In this document: in pieces, positions 54,441-64,000 of the stretch | Layout: each line of letters opens with the position of its first letter | Position numbering within the stretch: position 1 is the stretch's first letter | NCBI GenBank assembly: GCA_013239625.1 | Contig: MU056050.1 | Span: 7,544,773-7,608,772 of the forward strand | Direction of reading: 5' to 3' | Length of the DNA stretch: 64,000 nucleotides | Origin: Lama guanicoe | Lineage: Eukaryota | Made by a program: the position numbers and the translations under genes | The notes under the pieces: model-generated | Database searches by the model: none | What the model saw: the letters and a program-made list of their open reading frames with translations, nothing else | What the model was told of the DNA's origin: nothing

Positions 54441-57134
54441 CTCATACGTGAACCCTGAAGTTTAAAAAACAAGCAAACTGTTTTTTGGAAAAATTCCAAC
54501 TCTGATTAGATTGTGGGGGGACTTTTTCTCTAGGGCTTCTATCTAGCTGCACTGCCACCAAATCCCTCACTCCAAACTCCCACTCAGTACATGCAGCCAT
54601 TTTTCAACCACCCAAGCTCCATCTGAGACATCAACACCAGTCATAGGTCTAGCTTGTTCCTCCTACTGAGCTAGTTCTGAAGTTCTTTGGGCTGGGCCAT
54701 TCTTATGGAATATCTGTGGGAGGGGATGTAGCATTGAATCACAGATTTTAGTATAGGTAGGTGAGGTGGCTACCTAGATAAAGAGATTTCCTCCAATTTT
54801 GTATCTACAAACTTTTTAACATGCAGTAAAATTGAAAGAATGATACAAATATTTGTACATACCTTCATTAGCAATTTGCCAAATTTCACACTCTCCTCTC
54901 TCTTTCTCATATATTGCAGACATTATGACACTCCACTTACAGATACCTCAGCACATATCTCCTACAAATAAGGATATTCTGAGCCAGGAAGTATTTTAAG
55001 GGCTTTGCAGTGCTCAGCTAGGGGAAGGTCTCCAATCTCTAGAGTCCAAAGGGAGTCAAGAAGTATCTGAGGTCTACAGACCAGATTTCAGCCTACATAG
55101 GAGCCAAGCACAAGAGAAGGAGGCACAAACAGTGGTCCAAGTGCAGAATGACCTTGGGCAAGTCATTTCCCTTTCTCAAGCTTCATTTTACTCATCTATA
55201 AAATGGGGTTTGTGCTAATCTCTGTTGTGTCAATCTCCCAAGCTGTATGAGGTTCAGATGTGAAAATACATACAAGAGCACATTGGGAGCTGCCACACTT
55301 AAATATTGGAGGGCAAGTTATTTACAGAGACGACCTTCAGAGCTAGTACAGCACAGGAGCAATAGCTTTCCTTGCCCCAGGCCTGGAGGCCTCTGGTAAC
55401 CCATGAACTTGATAGTCCTCCTGCTCAGCCCCCACACTCTTGTTACTGAAAGCCACATAATTTTCATCTATAATGGAAATCTCAGTGGCTCACGTCTTTT
55501 TCAGTTTTTCAGAGGCATAAACACACACCCTAGTTCTTTTTCCAGATAACTCCATTTTCTCTTATTGATTATGGCACAAAACTAAAAGATCATCTCTCTA
55601 CTTTTTCTTATTTCTGACATTTTTTCTGTGCTCCCCCTTAATTCCTACAATTTCTCCCCACCCTGTCGAGACTTTGAGACTTAAAAAATTCTATCATCCT
55701 GCCTACCCTTAGCTCAAAGAGCAAAATGCTTTACAAAATTAAGTGAGCATTTGGGATTTTTAACTTGATTTTATCTTTTCATTCAACCAGAGGGGTATGT
55801 GTGTGGGAGATGCACTTGTCAACTAAAAGCAATTTCTCTGCCTCCTTGGGGACCGAAGCGTAATCGTAGCTCTATCTTCCTGGTGTCAGGATGAAACTTG
55901 CATTTTCCTGAGTGGTGTCAGCACACTGACAGACAGCTCCTGGGATCTATTGAGGAGTACGGGAAAAGAACAGGAAGGGGGTGGCGAAAGATCTCAAGGC
56001 TGGTCTTGGCTCATCTCTCCTCCTCTGGGTGACTTTGGGCTAGTCACTTACTGTCTTTTGCCTCAGCTTTTCTAACTTAAAAAATGGGAATAATTTTCTC
56101 CTATTTCTGCCTCACAAAGACGGTGCCAGGACCTTGTCAGGTTTTGGTGATATGAAAATGTTTGGAAGCAATAGAGCTATGGGAAAAAATAAAGGGCTGT
56201 GGAAGCAGTGTAGCCTATGAATGCTAAGTAGCTGGCAAGGGACTTCAAGTTTTTTGAGAACTCTATTTGAGAAATGAGGAAACCAAGGCCTTTCTGAGCT
56301 TCAGAGAGGTCTCAAATGGTCCCCCATGATTTTACTATATGTTCACCATGAGTCCAGATAAATCCTTCTCAAACAGAAAGGCAGGGAGGCAAAATCTTGA
56401 GGTCCTAAGGCTTATAGAGAACACATAAGACCCTGTACACTCCATATAGACCTTCTGATAGGACTCCTCAGAAGGGGGTTTTGGGAGGCAGGCTTGCTAA
56501 TCTCCCAATTCCTTCCATGGGCCTGGGGTAGTTTCCTTGGTTATCTTACTCCTGAAATTGCAGAGACCTTCATAACAACCTACTGATGGAGGTGGGCAGG
56601 GGACAGGGATGCCCATTTCAAAGAGGAGTCTGGGGCTCAGGTTGGGCAGCAGACATACTTACATCCATTCAGCCAGTAAGTCAACATGCCCAGTGTAACT
56701 CATAATATTTTAACTTTAAATGCCATGCTCTTGCCACAGTGCTTCAGTTGCCTCTTGCCTGATGTAAGGACCCCAACAAGTAGGGAGTCCAAATACAATA
56801 ACTTGACTGAAAATGCTATATAGACACACACAAAGGATTCTTAGAAAATCCAAATGAATGACCTTTATGGAGTACACTCATTTTGAATGCCACTAGACTC
56901 AGGAGTCAGCTGTCAAGTTTTGAGATTTGCTCTATTTCAAATGCTACATATTTACCCATACACCCAAAGGAAGTAGAATGGGGTTAAAGGGATCAAGTTC
57001 ACCAGATAGCTTCTCCAGTGTTCCTTGTAGCTGGAGTTCAGTGGGACGATACAGTGGTGGAAGGTTTTCAGAGAAAGAGTTCTTTCCTCTATATTAGAGT
57101 TTCTTTAACTTTATTGGGTGTAAAAGCCTCTATG

Positions 57135-57260
57135 GCGCGCTTGCTAAAAATGCTGTTTTCTGGTCCCCATGCCCCATCCCCAAGGGAATTTGCATTATTA
57201 TAGCACATCCCAAGTGATTCTGATGCATCTGATCCAACGGACCATACTTTGGAAAATCCT
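57135..57260. mobile_element. MER5-like hAT DNA transposon relic
   Basis: ggaatttgcattattatagcacatcccaagtgattctgatgca...ggaccatactttgga. Confidence 0.7.
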
Positions 57261-57899
57261 GATCCATGACAAGGTTTACAGACCTTGGATACTTGGAATC
57301 CCATTTAAATAGCAACTTTTAGCTTGAGTGCCAGGTACTTTAGAGTTTCAGGGAAAACAATAGGAAGATTTGAAATCTTTCTTCTCATGATCAGCAAGCC
57401 CTCAGTTTGACTTCATCATTGTGCCTTCTTCCCAGCTAGAACATGTTTTCTTCCTGCTAAAGATTTCATGGCAAACAATGACCTAGGTTAGGAACAGTGT
57501 GCTTGGCTTTTAATAGGAACTGCAATGAGAGACCCTTAAGAGGCAGCAAGCTGTCAAGCACTAGCCTTAAGCTGTCAGAATGAGGATAGATATACCCAAT
57601 GTGTCCCTTGTGCACCTTGGGGTCAGGAGTTGCAGGTGCAGGCTAGCAGGTTCTTGGCTGCTAAACTGGGATGCTAAGGACCTCTGCAATCTTGGAAAGG
57701 AGGTGCCATGATGAGTTATGTGGCCTTGCACAGGATGGGAGCTCTGCATTTTACTCACAGACCAACTTTCAGCTGTTTCTCGGTCACCAAAGCCAGCCTC
57801 AGTGCCCTGTGCCAACAGCACAAATCCAGCCTAAAAGCCCCAGTCTTTCCCTTACCTAACTTAGTCCTTTATTCAGCAGACAAGGTTTAGATTTGTTTC

Positions 57900-58250
57900 T
57901 CTATGAGTAGTATTTTCTAGTGCAGAAAATGATATATATTTATTAAAGAAAATTTGGAAAATACTAAAATATGGAAACAATAAAACAGTTAAAAATTGCC
58001 CATAATTGCATTGCTTAAATACAATTACTATTAAGATTCTGGTGTGTTTCCTGATAGTGTTTTTTTCCCTACGTATAAGCTTATTATTTATTTGCACTGC
58101 TTATATAATAGTATGCATACACTTTGCATTTTGATTATTTTTCACTTAAAATAATCATAAATGTATTTTCAGATTATCATATAGACTTCCAAATTATACA
58201 TTTGAAAATAATTGTGCAATAATTCATGGAATGAATCAATATTATATACA
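57900..58250 (-). mobile_element. Old L1ME-type 3' end
   Basis: aaaatttggaaaatactaaaatatggaaac...aattgcccataat...actattaagattctggtgtgtttcct. Confidence 0.6.
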
Positions 58251-58529
58251 TAGCTCAATATCTTGCACGCAGAGGGCATTTGATAAGTATTTGTTAAATG
58301 AATGGATGGATTGATGGATATATGCATTCCCCTATCATGTGACATTTAATTAGGAACAAAGATTTTCAAAAGAAACACTAACTAAGTGGCAGAGGAGGTG
58401 GGTCAAAGGAAAAGGAGTAGGGAGAACTGCTAACTTGATTGTTAAATAAAATTTTTTTTAAGAATTCTGAACTCTATTTCCTTTTTTCTTTTTTCCAAAT
58501 GAGTAGGCTTTGGTTTGCTGGGAGTTTGT

Positions 58530-58680
58530 TCACAACTATTAATATCCCCATTTTACAGATAAGGAAAACCAAGCCTCAGAGAGGTCAAATAATCTTAAGA
58601 TTACATAGCTAGTACAAAGCAGAACTGGGCTTCCAATCTAGGTCTGTGAGCATCCTTAGCTTTGTTCCATAACCACGTAA
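58530..58680 (-). mobile_element. MIR core
   Basis: atccccattttacagataaggaaaaccaagcctcagagaggtcaaataa. Confidence 0.8.
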
Positions 58681-60319
58681 CACATGCAGAAAAAAGTTAC
58701 AAAAAGAGATAGAGGTCATGAGTTTGTACTTCAGGTAGAGCTATTCTAGAAGCAGAGAAACTTCAGTTACTGAGGGCCATTGGATTAGGACTGGGCAGGC
58801 AGCCTTTATGCCATGAGGGAGCCAAAAAAAATCTCATTCAGCTGGAAAAAAAGAAACCCATTGAGGCCATTACAAAAGCTGGTGGTACATAAGCTCATGG
58901 GAAGAGGTAAGGCCGAGATTTCAATATCCAGAGCCTGAAACTGGACATTTCTAGATGTCAGACTTGTTTGGCTTGGATGACTGGGTATTTGTACAGCAGA
59001 AATTGGTAAAAGAGCAGGTCTGGTGAATGTTTGTTGACTCTGATTGCTTTTAGAAAACAGAGAAAATTGGAAATGATTTAGAAATTGGTGCAAAGGCAGA
59101 GGTACTATGTTTCCCAGAAAGGAAGGAAAATGAGTGGAAGCCCTTTAAACTTTGACTATAGCTCTGCTTTGCTAAGAATCGCATGGCAAAATACAGATGA
59201 TTTTTTCCACTTTATGCACCCCCTTTGCTGCATTAATGCTAATATCAGTGGTTAGCAAAGCAAATGTAATGACTGCTCTCCCCAAAGGACCTCTGATTGC
59301 AGCTTCCGCTCCTCAGGCCTGCAATTGAGCTGTTGGAAGAGGATTTTTCATATTTCTTTCTACCTCCTCACTAGCATTTTTGATCGACAGGGCCCCATTT
59401 TCCCAGTGGAGATAAACAAGGCACAGAGTCACGTTTGTACAACTGCCAATGGAGAATTGGGGGAGAAATTAATTTGGGCCCCTGGAATTGAAAAGAAAGA
59501 AGCCTTTCTTGCCCGATATGGTCCATCTCTGGTGGCTGCTTCTACCCCATGATTTGGGAGTAGGGCTGGTTTACTACCACCAGATGCCCCAAACACTGAA
59601 CCTATTATGATATGTGCCCCCATATGTATTTAAAATTTAAAAAAATACAAAGCCATAAAAGTGCAATGAAAGCTAACACAGTACCCCCCCATTGAAATAT
59701 CAAATATCAAATTCTTTCTAAAAATAAATGTTGGTGCCCCTCCTATGCCAGTGGCCTGAGCAAAAGCATAGGCGGTGGAATCCGTAAGTCAGCGGCAACT
59801 GGCGGGGGACACTCCATTATTTATACACATTTCACGCTGTGTTCTTTTACCTCAGTTGAAGATCAACCCCCCTCAAAACAAAGGTTCCCAGGCAGGAAAT
59901 CATCTCCCTCTTCCCTGAAGGACCCACAGGGCAGGAACAGTAAAATTACTCTCAACTTCGGGGCTTGGGGGGCAAAACTCTCTTCTCACATGCTTGGTCC
60001 CCGAGAATGGAGCAATGACATAAATCAGATTTGGAGCTACTCACGGCTGAGGTGATGCCTCCTCTAAGACAAGGGGTCCCCAAGGGCAGGGAGGCAGTGC
60101 CTCCCTTTCCAATTCAGGGCTCCTAAGGCACACGCCACTTCTCACCTAGACCGGGCCTCCCAAAGGCTGAGATGAGGTGTCTGCTAAAACGTGGGGTGTT
60201 TAGGGCTAGGATACAGTCTCGCCCTCGACCTGAGGCTCCCTAGGACAGGTGCACTATCTCGCCCTGAAATTCCAGCTTCTGGGGACAGGCCCGCTTCTAG
60301 GCACCAGATTAAGGGTTCC

Positions 60320-61100
60320 TGGGAGCGGGAGCCTCCCTTCCCTCTCAGATTCGGGGCTCACCGGGGCAGAGATGGCGTCTCCCCTCAGACTGGGCTCCCC
60401 GGGATAGGGGCACGGTCCCGCCCTCAGAGTCAGAGCTTCCCGGGACAGGAGCTGTATCTCGGCCTCCCTCCGCGTGGCGGGGAAGGGGCTGCGGGATCAG
60501 CACTCTCCTTGGGTGGGAGGGGGGGCTCCCCTGAGGCCCTGCCCCCTTTGTGACTGGCCCGAGGTGTCCGGTGACCAAGAGACTCTTAGCTGGGTGCAGG
60601 GTGCGGCTCAGGGCGTGGTCACCGGGGGCTACTTAGGGCGGCCCGCGCGGGGGCCGGCGCGGAAGCTGTGTGCGAGGCTGCGGCGCCAAGCGCGGGTGAT
60701 GGCGTGGATGCTGGACTGCCTTTTCGCGTCGGCCTTTGAGCCCCGCCCCCGCCGTGGTGAGTGGGGCCCACCGAGTCCGGGGGCTGGGGTGCTCCGCCAG
60801 GGGCTGCGGGAGGCTGCAGCCCCAGCTGGGCGCCCTGGGGCTTGGCTCTCCGCCCCTTTGCCTTCCTTCCCGCTGGCTTTTAGCTAATTGTTCCTGGCTC
60901 AAGGACTGACCCGTCGAGGCCCCGCATAAATCAACAGCTTTGCCGGGAACCGCGAGCAATCGCGCTAATGGCTCGGCGGGACGCGGGTCGAGCGCGGGGG
61001 CGGAGTCGCTGGCTCAGCCATCCTCGGGGGCAGCCAGAGCGTTGGGGCTGGACGCGTAGGAGCGCAGTCCCGAAACCCAAGGGCCCTAAAGGCCCAAGGA
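60320..61100. promoter_or_regulatory. CpG island and promoter of ARHGAP36
   Basis: Abrupt GC and CpG enrichment (gcggcccgcgcgggggccggcgcgg; gcgcgggggcggagtcg GC box) around the first coding exon. Confidence 0.9.
60699..60756 (+). CDS. ARHGAP36: First coding exon of Rho GTPase-activating protein 36 (partial; the rest lies beyond the window)
   Basis: Strong Kozak context gtgATGg; encodes MAWMLDCLFASAFEPRPRR plus G, then donor GTGAGT at 60757; matches the recalled N-terminus MAW(M/I)LDCLFASAFEPRPRR-VSVLGG, and the phase-1 G fits the Val codon. Confidence 0.9.
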
Positions 61101-62769
61101 TGAACGTCCCTGGCCAGGCAACCAGGGCCCGGGGACCCTGAAGATGGAGTTGGGGGAGATCCTTTTGCCTTGAAGCTTGTCCCCCTTGCCCTAGTCTCAA
61201 CTGCAGAATATCAACGTGGGCCCCTCAGGGTCATCGAATTCAACCCTTTTATTTAAGAGATGGTGACATTGAAGGCTAGAGATGGGAAAGGCCTGCCCAA
61301 GGTTATACAAGAAATTGGCAGCATCTGGTTCTGCTGAGGCTCTGCCCCAAATCACCCAATGGTAGACGCTTGGGATCTTCAGTCTGGGTCTTCCCCTATG
61401 TACTTGAGATCGCGCTGCTTTCCCTATCCCTGTGGAGTTGAGGACATAGGTGTGCAAAAGATCACAGCACCAGTGTGGTATGTGGGTGGCATTTCACCCC
61501 TTTCCTGGAACTGCTTCTATAAAGTATAATTTGGAAACTGATTTTTTTTTCCTGCTAAAGTTTCAGGAGACTGCTATTTTCTGTCTGAGATTTCCCAGGA
61601 CCCTGACCCATACTGTCCTTCACTCCCCCTTGGCAGGCCCCACCCCCTGTAGGCTGCCACCTGCCCCCACTGCCACCTGTTTTTCCATAGTCTCCACCTC
61701 CAAAATCTATATTGGTGAGAGTGCGTCATTGGTCACCAGCCATAGACCAAACCTAGGGTTGTCTCCTCTTTCCTCTGCCCCCTCACAGGCAGTGGGGGAG
61801 GGGAGGCCAGGAGAGGAGGGACCTCAGGAACTTAATTCTGCAGAAACTGGTTTTCAGTCCTTGCCAGCCCCAGCTCCCTGCTGAGAACCATTCCAGGGGT
61901 CTGACCTACTACTAAGGGACTGCAGCTTGCTTAACAAGTTCAAGGACAGTCCCTGGCAGGCCACAAGTTCGGTGGGAAGGAAAGAGATCTGCATACACAC
62001 AGAGAGTTTAATTTTTTGTTCTGTATATTTTTTCAAGTATTTGTGATCCTGGTGAATCAAAGAAAATAAGGGAGTTGTATAAGATGCTTTTTAAGGCTTT
62101 ATGGCTCAAATACCCTACCCTGGAAAACGGGTGAAGGAACCATTACACCCCTGCCTAGAGTGCAAGGCTGTTGTGTGACTCCAAAAAGATCAAGGATATG
62201 AAGGCTCCTTTATGAATAACCCCATTCGGAGAGGGTCAGTATCATACACGGAAGCCCAACCACATCTAAAGACAGCCATTTTTGTTAGAATTAGAAGGCT
62301 TTTCCTTAAACTGAACCCAAATCTATGTTTTTCTGGTTCTGGTGGTGACCTTCATGACCCTTCCAAAGGAAGAGTGCCAGCCTTCTCCATTCCCCCACCC
62401 CAACTCACCCCTGTGTTTATCCAAGCTGAACTTCCCCAGTTCCTTCGTTTGTTTAACATGTGACATGGCTACAAGGCTCCTACCCGCATCTAGCTGCTCT
62501 TCTTTGAACATACTCCAAGTTGTAAATGCCCAGTGATCCTGACCAAAAGAGGATGTCCAGCTGTGTCCCTGTAAATAGAGTCCTGGATGGCTAACTTTCC
62601 CTCTTTGGGGAATCCACATTCACACTCATGGTACACAGATACATAGCCATAAATATATACATATGCACACATTCCCACACCCACACAGGCCCACATACAA
62701 ACTCATGAATGCACACACACACAGTTCACATGCATCACACGCTCTTCACACACAACAATATAACCACAT

Positions 62770-63181
62770 CATATGGTATTTTTCTTTCTCTTTCTGGCTT
62801 TCACTTAGTATGATAATTTCTAGGCCCATCCATGTTGCTGCAAATGTGGAATCTAAAAAAATAACACAAATGAATCTATTTACAAAACAGAAACAGACTC
62901 ACAGACATAAAAATCAAACTTTGGGTTACCATTGGGGAAAGGGAGTGGGCAGGGATAAATTGGGAGTTTGGGATTTACAGATACTAACTACTATATATAA
63001 AATAGATAAACAAGGTCCTACTGTATAGCACAGGGAACTGTATTCAATATCTTGTAATAACCTATAATGAAAAAGAATAGGAAAAAGAATATATATGTAT
63101 GTATAACTGAATCACTATGTTGTACACCAGAAACTTACACAAAATTATAAATTGATGACAATTCAATTTAAAAAATTTTTA
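62770..63181 (+). mobile_element. 5'-inverted (twin-primed) truncated L1 in intron 1
   Basis: TSD AACAATATAACCACAT at 62754-62769 and 63182-63197; 62770-62846 antisense and 62844-63181 sense. Confidence 0.9.
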
Positions 63182-64000
63182 AACAATATAACCACATTAC
63201 ACATCACACACACAAATCACATGTAGAGGCCATACAGTTCACACAAATAATTTATACTGGAAGCTACTTTCTTCACCTGAAGCTACTTTTTTTTAAAGTA
63301 AACTAAAGTTCTTTCAGAGTCTTCACTCTGTATTTAGTTGTTTGAATCCAAATGTAAGACCTCATATTTGCTACTGCGTTTCTAGTCTGGTAAGACTTGT
63401 CCTCCTACACACTCCAGTGGTACACCACTGCCTACACCAGCTCTGTCACTCTTAAAATAGCGGCTAATACATGTGAAGTACTTCCCAGATGCTCGGCCCT
63501 ACCTGGTCTCAGTCCTTCACATGTATGATCTCACTGCAGTCACACAACATCACTTTGAAATAAGCAATTAGTCTTTGGGTATTCATTCACTGTTCCCCCG
63601 ACCCCTGAGAAATGCTGTGCAATATGAAAGGTAACTTTGTGGGTAACTATTGATATTCTGCGGGGCTATAATTGCTCTTGATGCCTCCCTTCAAATGCCT
63701 TCCAGAAATTCTCAAGAACCAGGGGTGGGGGGAAGTAGCTGGCCTCTGACTAGGAAGAATGGAGGAGGCATTCTAAATGTTCTTTCACCATCCCATACCC
63801 ACCTCTTGCTCAGGAGGTAGCTGGTATGTCAGAGCAATCTTTTGAGGGTGGTGATGGGCAATCGATGGCCATATGAAGACATTTAGAAGAGGCATCATTG
63901 AGATCTGGGAAGAATGGGGACCCAGAAAGGTCTTCTTTCCCAGGGAGAGGGACAGCACGACTGACCCACTTGAAATTCTCTCCCCAGTTCACTCTTGGCA

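Noticed and set aside
60474..60887. 137-aa ORF as a single-exon gene or N-terminal extension
   Set aside because: GTG start in GC-rich DNA; only 60699-60756 matches a known protein, and it ends at a canonical donor

Overview
Mammalian genomic DNA, mostly intergenic and rich in repeats. It is probably from a camelid, based on a vic-1-like tRNA-Ala SINE, and probably X-linked. The only host coding sequence I recognise is a 58-bp first coding exon at 60699-60756 (+), MAWMLDCLFASAFEPRPRR followed by G|GTGAGT, inside a CpG island. It matches my recollection of the ARHGAP36 N-terminus, so the window appears to be about 60 kb upstream of ARHGAP36 plus the start of intron 1. The rest is a layered record of transposon insertions. 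A full-length but inactivated 7.5-kb L1 (12098-19598, -, perfect 13-bp TSD) sits inside an older L1, which sits inside an L2. A 5'-truncated L1 (43497-48040) carries three further nested L1 insertions. There are also two apparent L1 3' transductions, a twin-primed inverted L1, an L1 tail replaced by a (CA)20 microsatellite, MaLR LTRs, MIRs, L2, CR1/L3 and DNA-transposon relics. I found no convincing new protein-coding system. The best leads are a splice-ready antisense exon in the L1 5'UTR pointing toward ARHGAP36, a CCAAT-cluster promoter candidate near 35 kb, and the transductions. Repeat family names and most repeat boundaries come from visual recognition and are approximate; TSD coordinates were counted directly.
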